This document shows, piece by piece, positions 19,365-29,700 of a DNA stretch of 64,000 bases. The stretch covers positions 23,907-87,906 of the forward strand of contig JAOQAG010000008.1 of assembly GCA_025963715.1 (NCBI GenBank), read 5' to 3'. This stretch comes from Bacteroidota bacterium. Lineage in GTDB: Bacteria > Bacteroidota > Bacteroidia > 2-12-FULL-35-15. A program made the translations under genes and the position numbers. How positions within the stretch are numbered: position 1 is the stretch's first letter; each line of letters begins with the position of its first letter. Below the pieces are notes generated by a model. The model saw only the letters and a program-made list of their open reading frames with translations. It was not told where the DNA came from and made no database searches.

Positions 19365-19411
19365 TATTTTTATTTTCGATTTACATTTTATAATTCGTTA
19401 CTATTTTAAGA

Positions 19412-19550
19412 ACACACCCCTAACCCCTCTCAAGAGGGGAATCTGATCCTGCATACATTTTAATTGTACACAGATTAATCACATTTGGAATACACACAGA
19501 TTCGTAGTCATCCTGAGCTTGTCGAAGGACGTTCCTGTTCGTTATCTGTA
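19412..19550. repeat. Repeat mosaic: ACACCCCTAACCCCTCTCAAGAGGGGAA hairpin plus GTCATCCTGAGCTTGTCGAAGGAC palindrome
   Basis: First part matches 5396-5495; second part matches the reverse complement of 41547-41626. Confidence 0.75.
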
Positions 19551-19796
19551 TCAGGCTATTGCTAAATTTACCGCTTCCACTGCTGTTATTTCCGGCACCG
19601 AGCGTTTGATCGTTTCTTCGATCCCCGCTTTCAGTGTCATCATGCTCATCGAGCACGATTTACAAGCACCCTGCAATTCCAGTTTTACAACATGCTCTTC
19701 TGTAATTTCCACCAATGACACATTCCCACCATCGGCCTGTAAATACGGCCTGATCTGTTCCAACGCATCTTCCACTCTTTTTACTAAATCATTCAT
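19551..19796 (-). CDS. NifU C-terminal (Nfu) domain Fe-S carrier protein
   Basis: IRPYLQADGGNV..LQGACKSCSMS..TLKAGIE. Confidence 0.93.
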   Translation of the reverse strand: MNDLVKRVEDALEQIRPYLQADGGNVSLVEITEEHVVKLELQGACKSCSMSMMTLKAGIEETIKRSVPEITAVEAVNLAIA

Positions 19797-19822
19797 AATA
19801 CTATTTTGTTTCTGAATTTTAT

Positions 19823-20914
19823 TTAATTCGGAACTAATTCCGCTTGTTTTCTTGTTGCATTTACAATGGATACCTGTTGCGCTACATTGCTCGCCATTTC
19901 CATGAAAGCCAATGCCTGCGGCGTATTGTCCTGCATTACTGCGGGGCGGCCTGCATCACCCGCTTCACAAATGCTTTGCACCAGTGGAATTTCTCCCAGT
20001 AGTGGCACACCCAGCTTTTCTGCCAGCATTTTTGCGCCGTCCTTACCAAAGATATAATATTTATTATCCGGAAGCTCAGCCGGTGTAAAATAAGCCATAT
20101 TTTCCACAATGCCCAATACCGGCACATTGATGGACGGGATCTGGAACATGCCTACTCCTTTTTGTGCATCGGCAAGCGCCACATTTTGCGGTGTGCTCAC
20201 GATCACCACGCCGTTCAACGGAATAGCACCTACCAGCGACAAGTGAATATCACCCGTTCCCGGAGGAAGATCGATGATCATGTAATCCAGTTCGCCCCAA
20301 TCGGCATCCGAAAACATTTGTGTAAGCGCTTTTACAGCCATTGGCCCGCGCCATACGATGGCTTGTGAAGTGTCTGCAAAAAAGCCGATGGATAATAATT
20401 TTACGCCGTAACTTTCAACGGGAATAATTTTGTTAACGCCGTCAATCACTTTGATCATGGGCTTTTCGTGCACTACGTCAAACATAATGGTTTGCGACGG
20501 CCCGTAAATATCGGCATCAACCAAACCTACGGAGGCACCTTGTTTTGCCAGCGCTACCGCCAGGTTGGAAGCAACAGTTGATTTACCAACTCCGCCTTTT
20601 CCGGAGGCTACGGCAATAATGTTTTTTACTTTCGGCAGCATCGGCCCGGATTTTTTTCCTCCGGTTACATCGGCTGTCATGTGAACTTTTACGATCGCTT
20701 CCTTATCCACAAAATGCAATACTGCATTTACACAGGCTTTATGGATCATTTCTTTCATCGGGCAGGCAGGAGTTGTAAGTACAACGGTAAAATTTACATT
20801 TTTGCCGTTTACTTCCAGGTCTTTTATCATGCCTAATGTTACCAGGTCTTTTTTCAGATCCGGATCATCTACATTTTTTAATGCTTCTAATACTTGTTCC
20901 TTGGTGATGCTCAT
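19823..20914 (-). CDS. mrp: Mrp/NBP35 (ApbC) Fe-S cluster carrier ATPase
   Basis: DUF59-like N-terminus (LTTPACP); ASGKGGVGKS, DADIYGPS, DLPPGTGD. Confidence 0.95.
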   Translation of the reverse strand: MSITKEQVLEALKNVDDPDLKKDLVTLGMIKDLEVNGKNVNFTVVLTTPACPMKEMIHKACVNAVLHFVDKEAIVKVHMTADVTGGKKSGPMLPKVKNIIAVASGKGGVGKSTVASNLAVALAKQGASVGLVDADIYGPSQTIMFDVVHEKPMIKVIDGVNKIIPVESYGVKLLSIGFFADTSQAIVWRGPMAVKALTQMFSDADWGELDYMIIDLPPGTGDIHLSLVGAIPLNGVVIVSTPQNVALADAQKGVGMFQIPSINVPVLGIVENMAYFTPAELPDNKYYIFGKDGAKMLAEKLGVPLLGEIPLVQSICEAGDAGRPAVMQDNTPQALAFMEMASNVAQQVSIVNATRKQAELVPN

Positions 20915-20989
20915 TTTTCTTCTCTCCTACCCTTTTATTGTTGATTTTTTGGTAGTGTAAATATACGAAAAAATGTGGTTAGAAAAGAG

Positions 20990-21260
20990 AGGAATTTCTC
21001 GCAGGATTTCCGTGTGTGGTTTCTCGCAGAGGCTCGGAGAAAGCGGAGGTGGGCGTGTGCCGGGTGGTTCTCCCGCAGAGGCTGGATATATTTTCTCACA
21101 AAGACGCAAAGTTCGCAAAGGCTGTATGTTTCTGTGTGTGGTTTCTCGCAAAGGCGCGGAGAACGTGGAGGCTGGGTAGTTACTGTATGTTATTGCTTCG
21201 CGGAGATCGGATGTATTTTTGCAAACAATCTAAAGACTAATTACTAAAGACCAGCTATTT
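20990..21260. repeat. Mosaic of degenerate CGCAGAG/CGCAAAG short repeats
   Basis: ctcgcagaggctcggagaaagcggag, gacgcaaagttcgcaaaggct, gcgcggagaacgtggaggctgg; same motifs at 43719-44130, 17839 and 55741. Confidence 0.65.
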
Positions 21261-21286
21261 TTTCCACACAGCCTAATGACTACTTA

Positions 21287-21748
21287 CTAAAGACTAGCTA
21301 CTGTATCAGTCAATGTGGTGGTCATTTCCTGTACCCAGTTCAGCAATTTTGTTTTTTGCTCTTCAGTAAGTGGCGCATCCGTATGGATCCAGGTATAGGA
21401 ACTCATCGGCATTTCGCCTTCGGTGATCTGTTCCCTGATCTCTTTCAGTTTATGCAGCTTGCGTTTGAGTGGATAGGTTTTAAATTCGGAAAAATTCAGC
21501 TCATGTTTTCCTTCATTTACATGATGATTGAGCCACCAGCCAACCGGCTGAATGTGCGTGTACCAGGGGTAATCCGTATGGTCGGAATGGCAATCGTAAC
21601 AGGATGTTTTTAAGATCTGCGAAATTTCTGCAGAAGCGGTAATACTGTTCTCTCCCTCTCCAATCCCTGCATTTTCGGTTGGTTGAAACAGCTGTATAAA
21701 AATAAGTACAGCGATCAGCGTATAGACGATTCTTTTTTTCCTGCTCAT
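21287..21748 (-). CDS. Heme-binding (Haem_bd) c-type cytochrome domain protein
   Basis: SCYDCHS (CxxCH), YPWY, LNFSEF, EMPMSSY. Confidence 0.88.
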   Translation of the reverse strand: MSRKKRIVYTLIAVLIFIQLFQPTENAGIGEGENSITASAEISQILKTSCYDCHSDHTDYPWYTHIQPVGWWLNHHVNEGKHELNFSEFKTYPLKRKLHKLKEIREQITEGEMPMSSYTWIHTDAPLTEEQKTKLLNWVQEMTTTLTDTVASL

Positions 21749-22650
21749 AATTCCTTTTTATCAAAATCGAAACGGATGCGGTATGCTATGCCTACATTGA
21801 ACAAAGCATAACTTTTCATTGGTGTGTACACAGGGTTTACATCCGTCGTGTTTTTTGTATTGTACGTGTATTGCCATGGATTTTTTCCCAGCGTATAACC
21901 CGCTTCCGCGAACAGCATAATCTTTTTGTACACAAACCAGTTAACAAATATTTTTAATTCCTCTTCGTTATAACGCACGTAATCGTAGTTATTTGCTCCA
22001 GATAAGCGGAATGATCGTGTGAATGATTTAAAGTTTAATCCGGTATACAATTTATATTTCATGATCGTATATTCCGCCCAGTAATTGGAGGGGATTATAC
22101 CGTAAAAATACAAACGATCATTCACTTTCCAGTCGAGCCCCACCAGCGGCATAAAAAAATTACCGAACGCTTCACGGTTGTAATACAAGCCCAGCTTAAA
22201 TTTTAAATTGTCGTTGCGCACATATTGCTGCAGAAAAATTCCGCCTAACTGGTAATCCTTATCGTTGATCTTACTTCTGAAATCACAAGCGATTTTCGGA
22301 ATGCCGATCAGGATCGTTTCCCATTTTTTATTTTTTGTCACAAACTTAAATCCCAATGGAAGCGAGATCGCGGAAAGCCGGTACGAATAGGATGAATCGG
22401 GAGAAGTAGTGGAATTAATCGTTTCAGTGTTCAGCCGGATCAACAATGTATTTCCGTTTTTAAATACTTTCGGTAGAAAAAAATTCAGAACATAATCGTC
22501 GGTTTTATTTTTTTGCTGCCGCGAATTTTGTTCTGATTTATAAGGTGATGAAAACGTTTGGTAACTGGCACTTACCACATCCGCGAAAGGTTGAGCGGTG
22601 ATTTTATTCAAAAGAAAGATAAGAGTAATAAATAGTAAGTATTTTTTCAT
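21745..22650 (-). CDS. Outer-membrane beta-barrel protein (DUF6268-like)
   Basis: Signal peptide from ATG 22650; amphipathic aromatic strands; GLYYNREAFG.FFMPLVGLDW. Confidence 0.65.
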   Translation of the reverse strand: MKKYLLFITLIFLLNKITAQPFADVVSASYQTFSSPYKSEQNSRQQKNKTDDYVLNFFLPKVFKNGNTLLIRLNTETINSTTSPDSSYSYRLSAISLPLGFKFVTKNKKWETILIGIPKIACDFRSKINDKDYQLGGIFLQQYVRNDNLKFKLGLYYNREAFGNFFMPLVGLDWKVNDRLYFYGIIPSNYWAEYTIMKYKLYTGLNFKSFTRSFRLSGANNYDYVRYNEEELKIFVNWFVYKKIMLFAEAGYTLGKNPWQYTYNTKNTTDVNPVYTPMKSYALFNVGIAYRIRFDFDKKEL

Positions 22651-22793
22651 ATTAACTTTTAAAAAGTTCAAGGTTCAAAGTTCAAAGTTTTGCTGTGTTT
22701 GTTTCTATATTTAAAGGTTGAACATCCACAGTATTGCAAGTCTGGCATCTGCGCAAAGCTAACCTTGAACCTTGAACTTTGAACCAAAAAAAC

Positions 22794-23720
22794 TTATTGC
22801 ATTTTAGCTGAGCTTCCTCTTTCCGGCGTTTTGTGAAATTTAATTCCGATCATGATTTCGTGCGTTCCCGTGCTGTATTTTTTAATAGCCGTGGTTGTAA
22901 AATCATACGAATAGGCAAACGTAATGTTTTCCTGCAGCGTGTAACCAATCATCGCCGACATTGCATCCAGGTAACGGAAAGCGCCGCCCAGCCATAATTT
23001 ATCTTTGTAGATGGCACGCAATCCAATATCAAATTGTACCGGTGCCGGGCTTACAAATTTTACACAGGTGGAAGGCTCCACTTTAAAATCATTGCCGAGG
23101 TAAAACTGGTAACCGGCCGTTACATAATAATGTGTTGCCAGCCTGCTCAAACCGGTGTTGGTATAATCGTAAAATTTAATGCGGTTTTGTGTGACCTGCG
23201 GAACGCTTGCGCCGATGTACCATTTGTGATCCGTAGAATACGCATAAACACCTGCGCCAAAATCAGGGATCAACACCGATTCCACACCGCTGCTGATCAC
23301 ATTGTCGTGCGGATCGTGCAGCGTAATTTTAGAACCATCCACCATAAATTGTAAAATACCGCCCGAAAGTCCTAAGGATAAACGTACTTTTTGCGACAGC
23401 TTTAAATGATAGGCGTATGATAAATACAAACCTGTGCGTCTTGTCGGGCCAACAATATCCGTAAACAACAAACCACCCAATCCCACATTCTGATTTTTTG
23501 TAGGCCCGTTCACACTCAGCATATACGTACGTGGCGCATCCGTGATCCCGATCCACTGGTAACGGTTATTCGACATCGCCTCAAAATACGGATGGCTGCC
23601 GCCGATCGCCGGGTTCATCGGATAATCATTCAGCATGTAATTGCTGTAAAGCGGCAATTGCTGTGCCCGCAGATCCGCTACAGCTGCAATAAATAAGAGT
23701 ATCGCTATTATTTTTTTCAC
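22794..23720 (-). CDS. PorP/SprF-family T9SS outer-membrane protein
   Basis: QQLPLYSNYM..NPAIGG..RYQWIG..APRT; YSYDFTT..GTHEIMIG; GTG start at 23720; directly downstream of a type-B CTD gene. Confidence 0.93.
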   Translation of the reverse strand: MKKIIAILLFIAAVADLRAQQLPLYSNYMLNDYPMNPAIGGSHPYFEAMSNNRYQWIGITDAPRTYMLSVNGPTKNQNVGLGGLLFTDIVGPTRRTGLYLSYAYHLKLSQKVRLSLGLSGGILQFMVDGSKITLHDPHDNVISSGVESVLIPDFGAGVYAYSTDHKWYIGASVPQVTQNRIKFYDYTNTGLSRLATHYYVTAGYQFYLGNDFKVEPSTCVKFVSPAPVQFDIGLRAIYKDKLWLGGAFRYLDAMSAMIGYTLQENITFAYSYDFTTTAIKKYSTGTHEIMIGIKFHKTPERGSSAKMQ

Positions 23721-23783
23721 CTTGTAATTTTTTAAAATTCTTTTTTCACACACATTTTATCTCCTGGTTTGCAACATAAAATG

Positions 23784-26700
23784 TTAGCGCAATATTGTGA
23801 TCGGGCCTGTGTAAGCATCCGGAAACAAAGGGTCTCCAAGATCGATGATGTAATAATACGTTCCCACAGGCAGGTCTTTTCCTTTGTAAACGCCTTTCCA
23901 GTGCTCTTTGTAGCCCGGCGACTGGAATAGCAATTCGCCCCAGCGGTTATACACCTCAACAGTACAGTTCGGGAACATTTCTATTCCATCGATCAGCCAT
24001 TCATCATTGTCACCATCATTATTCGGAGAAATTCCATCCGGGATTTTGATCGTAGGCAATACCGTTACCAGTACCGAATCCGAAGCAATACAGCCTTGCG
24101 CCGATGTGATCGTTACCGTATAAAGCGTAGTGGTTACAGGCGTTGCGATCGGGTTAAATGCTGTTGCATTATCCAATCCCGGCAACGGTGTCCACATCGC
24201 AGTTGCTCCTGAGGCAGTCGTAGTCGGGCTTCCGCCGATCGGTGTGCTTTGCGCGATCACGATCGATACATCCGGTCCGGCACTCGCTGTTGGCAATGCA
24301 TTGGAGATCACCGTAATTGTATCATTATCCGTACAGCCGGTTCCATTATCCACCATCACGTAATAATCCGTTATACCAATTGGCGGCGCCACCGAAACGT
24401 TAGAAGTATTTCCAACGCTGGTATTTGCAGGTATTTCAAACCATTGGTAATTCACTCCGTTCACACTTCCCGATGCATTCAGCACGATCGAACCATTCTG
24501 GCAGAAGCTGGTATCATTGCCAGCAGCGGCAATCACCGACTGGCTTGGTGTCAGCACCGTAGTATCTGAAACCGTACAACCATTTCCATCGGTTACATTC
24601 ACCGTATATGTTCCCCCCAATATTCCGCTCAGATCTTCCGTAATTGCTGTTGATCCGCCACTCCATTGATAGCTGTACGTGGATGTTCCGCCACCTACCG
24701 TCACATCGATCGAACCGTCAGCAATAGTATTACAGCTTGGATTCACAGACGTGCTGCTGATCGTTAATGCAGTGGTTTGCGAAAGCACCGTTGATTGTGT
24801 TGCCGTACAACCATTGCCATCCGTAACCGTAACAGTATAGGTATTTGCAGTCAGGCCGGTTGCCGTTAAGCCGCTTCCGCCGGATGGTGTCCATGCGTAT
24901 GAATATGCTAATGTACCGCCCGATGGAATTACCGTGATGGTGCCCGATGTATCTCCGTTACACAATGGATTGGTTGCATTTACAAGACTGAACACAATTG
25001 GTGTTGGTTGCGTTAACGAAACTGTTCCCACTGCCACACAACCGTTGGCACCCGTTACTTCTACCGCATAATTTCCGGCACACAATGCTGTTGCAACCGG
25101 TGTGGTTTGCAATCCTAAATCGTTCCAGGAATAAGCGTATGGTGCTGTACCGCCCGTGGCTACTACCGTTGCAGTTCCATTGCAGAAAGCGTTACAGCTA
25201 ATATTAGTGGACGTAATGGCAAGCGAAGATGCGTTGAAATTGCTCAACGGGATCACTACATTTACCACACAACCATTGGCATCCGTGATCTGTACGGAAT
25301 AAATACCCGCGCATAAATTTGTTAATGTCAATGCAGTTGAACCGGTATTCCACAATATCGTATACGGTGCCATTCCGCCCGATGGTGCAATCGTAATTGT
25401 TCCGTCACATACGCCGCATGCAGCAGCAGTGATCGTTTGATTGGCGAGAATCGCAGCTGGTTGTGTAATAGTAACAGAATCCAGGCGCGAACAACCGCTG
25501 GAATCGGTTACCTCCACAAAATAAATACCTGCAGACAAGCCGCTCAATGTTGCTGTGGTTTGTCCGCCCGCAATCCAAAAATAAGTATACGGAGGAGTTC
25601 CACCGCTTGGCGTTACGCCTGTAACAGCTCCGTTAGCACTACCGTTGCAGGTAACGTTGGTAGCTGTGATCGCAATGCCGGTTGGCCCGCTTGTATTGTT
25701 TACAGGAATTGCAGCACTGTTTACACAACCGTTCGCATCCGTAATGTTTACCGTGTATAAACCGGAACATAAGTTGGTGGCAGTTGCTGTGGTTTGTCCA
25801 TTGCTCCATAAATAATTGTATGGTGCTGCACCACCGCTTGGCGTTAATACTGCCGAACCGTTGCACACACCGCAGGTTGCATCCGTGATCACAGGATTGG
25901 CAGCTACCGGCGGAGTTGCAGTAATGGTTGTATTTAATGTAACAGAGCAGCCATTTGCATCGGTGATCGTTACCGAATAATTTCCGGCGCACAATGCCGT
26001 TGCAGTATCGTTTGTTTGTCCGGCAGCATCGTTCCATTGAATGTTATATGGTGCCGTACCTGATGTAATTGTTACATGCGCTGTTCCGTTGCAAACATTC
26101 GAACACGAAATATTCGTTGAGCCGATCGTGGCAGCCAATGGCGCCGATTGTGTGACCGTAAACGAATCTGTTTTTGTACACAGGTGCGCATCCGTAATGA
26201 CTACCGTATACGTACCCGGACATAATCCTGTAACGTTTGCTGTGCCTTGTCCCGTAATCGCTCCGGGCGTCCATACATACGTATAACCCGGCGTGCCACC
26301 TGTTGTTGCAAGCGAAATGGCACCGGTGCACACATTGCTGCAGATCGCACTGGTAATGCTGGCATTGGACAGGATCGGAGCCGGTTGGTTGATCGTTACC
26401 GGGCTAAAGTGAATACAAGTATTGGAATCGGTGATCTGCACAAAATAATTTCCGGCGCATAAGCTTGTTGCCGTATCATTTGCTGTTGGCGGCGGGCCGT
26501 TGTTCCATAAAAAATTGAATGGCGCTACACCACCTATCGGAACTACCGATCCCGAACCGTTGCAAAAACTATTACACGATACATCTATCGTAGATACTGT
26601 TTCTCCGGTTACACCACCGGAGTTGTTCATCGGAATAATAAATGTGGAATCACAACCATTTGCATCCGTTACCGTGATGTTGTATAATCCTGCACAAATG

Positions 26701-29700
26701 TTGGTTCCGTTTGGCGTGCCCTGGCCGGTTACCGCAGGCGACCATACGTAGGTATAAGGCGTTTGTCCCGTGATCGGCGAAATGGTGATGGAACCGTTAC
26801 AAACACCGCAATTGGCCGGTGTACTTCCCGAAACAATGCTTAACTGCGGCGGATTTGCAACAACAACCGTTTGTGTGTCCTTACAATTTTTTGTGTCAGT
26901 TACTATTACCGTATAGGTTGCAGGGCAAAGTCCGCTTACTATTGGTGTAATTGCCGCTCCCGGCGACCATGAATAAGTATATCCTGCAGTTCCGCCAACC
27001 GGCGTAGCTGTTACCGTTCCGTTACAGCTGTTGTTACAGGTTGGGCTTGTACTTGTTGGGTTTGCATTCAATGTCGGCGGATCAATCAGCGTTATGTTTT
27101 GATTGCGCGCACAACCCAGTGAATCGGTGATCGTAAGCACATACGCACCCGCACACAATGCAGTGGCGTTTGGCGTGCCCTGCCCGGTAATGACTCCCGG
27201 CGACCAGTTGTAAGTATACGGTGCAGTTCCACCAGTAGGTGCTGCTGTAGCCGTTCCGTTACAGGCGCTGTTACAAGTCGAATTTGTTGTTGTTACTGCC
27301 GGTACAATAGCTCCCGGCTGTGTGATCACTACCGGAGGCGGCGTGGATGCACAACCATTTGCATCGGTCACCACCGGGTTGTAGCTCCCGGCACACAATC
27401 CGGAAGCCGTATCATTGCTGATGGCTCCCGGCGACCAGGAATATCCGTAAGGGATTGTTCCACCGGTTGCTGTAACGATAGCAATTCCATCGCAGACGCC
27501 ATTACAGGATGCATTTACCTGGCTGGTAGATGCAAAAAGCGGCGGCGGTTCTGTGATGTTTACTGTGTCTTTTGCAGTACAACCGTTACCATCTGTAAGT
27601 GTAACAATGTATTGGTTCGGACAAAGATTTACAATGTTTGGTAATACAATCGCAGGCGGCTGATTGGTCCAGCTGTAGCTATAACCCGATCCGGAGCCGC
27701 CCGAAGGCGTTGCCGTTGCTGTTCCGTCGCAGTTAAAGGCACAGCGCACATTGGTAGATGACAATGTTACCACAAGCATTGGTGGCGCTGTGATCGTGAT
27801 GATCAGTGTAGAATCACAACCGTTTGTATCCGTAACAATTACCGTATAAGAACCTGCGCACAAACCGGAAATGGTTGGAGTAGTTGCTCCACCCGGTGAC
27901 CATGCATAACTATAGCCCGGTGTACCGCCGGTTGTATTCAACGTAATGCTTCCGTTACAGGATCCGCCGCAGCTTTCATTTACCACAACCGGATTTGGTG
28001 AGATCAGTGTAGGGTTATTCACTGTTGCGGTATCCAGCCTGATACAGCCTGCAACATCCGTTACCGTGATGGTGTAAGTTGTTGTTCCGCACAGGGAAAT
28101 AACTGCATTTGTTCCATCGCCGGTTGGATTTCCGGGAGTCCAGTTGTATAAATAACCGCCTGCTCCACCGCTTGCCGTTACTGTAGCCGTTCCGTTGCAT
28201 GCATTGTGGCACGTTACATTTGTATGCGCCATAGTAAGGTTCGGCCCGTTCACATTGTTCAATATATAACTGAAAGTGAAAGAACAGCTGGAACCGTCTG
28301 TGATCACTAATGAATAAGCCCCCGGTAATAAATTGATCAGCGATGGTGTACCTTGCCCGGTAAGTGCTCCCGGGCCCGACCACACATAAGTATATGACCC
28401 GGAGCCGCCGGTTGGGGCAACCGTAATGCTTCCATCGGCAAGCAAACAATTGGCATCTGTAATGGTCACGTTATCCAGCACCAACGTTGGCTCAGTGACC
28501 GTAACGATAGCTGTATCCGAACAACCGCCTGCATCCGTTGCTGTAAAAGTATAAGTTCCTGCACATAAGCCCGAAACCGCTGCAGTTGTTTGTCCGCCCG
28601 GCATCCATAAATAAGTGAACGCTCCGTTTCCGCCGCTGGCCGTTCCGTTAGCCGTTCCGTTACAGCTACCACCACAGGTAGCGTTGGTATGCGTTGCCGA
28701 AACACTTAGCACCGGTGGATTTGTAAACACCACTATCGCTGTATTCAAGCAACCGTTGGCATCTACTACCGTAACCGTGTAGCTTCCGGCACATAAGCCG
28801 GTTGCTGTCTGGCTGGTAGAAACCGTTCCAGTCGAATCCACCCATAAATAGTTGTATGGCGCTAACCCGCCCCCGGCATTTGCCGTAGCAATTCCATCGC
28901 ATGCACCGGCACAGCTCAGTGTTGTATTGGATGTGGTGATGGTGATGGTGATCGTTTGCATGATCGTTACCACGCTGGATGCGGTACAACCGTGTGCATC
29001 AGTTACAGTAACGGTATATGTCATATTCGGGCATAACCCGATAGCGGTAGGTGTACTTTGTCCGCCCGGCGCCCATGAATAATTGTACGGAGGCGTGCCA
29101 CCCGCTGCTGTTACTGTTGCTGTTCCGTTACATACGTTACAGCTGGAAGTGGATCCGGTGATCGGGGCACTTAAAACAGCAGGCTGCGTAATGATTACGG
29201 GCTGACTGCTCGTGCAGCCATTTCCATCGGTGGTTACCAGCGTATAACTGCCTGCGCATAATCCGGTAATGGTTGGTGTACCATCTCCTGCAGGAGTTCC
29301 GGGCAACCAATTGTAAGTATATCCTCCCGAGCCGCCAATTGCGGAGGATGCTGCGGATCCGTTACACAAGCCTGCACACGTCACATTGCTTGCCACAACA
29401 GGGTTTCCGAGTACCTGCGTGGGCGTATTAACAATTACCGTGTTGGTAAGCATACAGCCGTTTGCATCTTTTACAGTTACTGTATATGTTCCGGCGCATA
29501 AACCGGTAATCGATGGAGTTATTTGTCCGCCCGGAGCCCAGGAATACGTATAACCGGGAGTTCCGCCACCGGCAATCACAGAGGCTGTTCCATTGCACAA
29601 GCCAAAACATGTAACATCCGTAGAGCTGGAAACTACCGTCAATGGCGTTGGTTGGCTGATGGTAACGTTTGCCGTTGCCGGACAACCATTCAAATCCGTT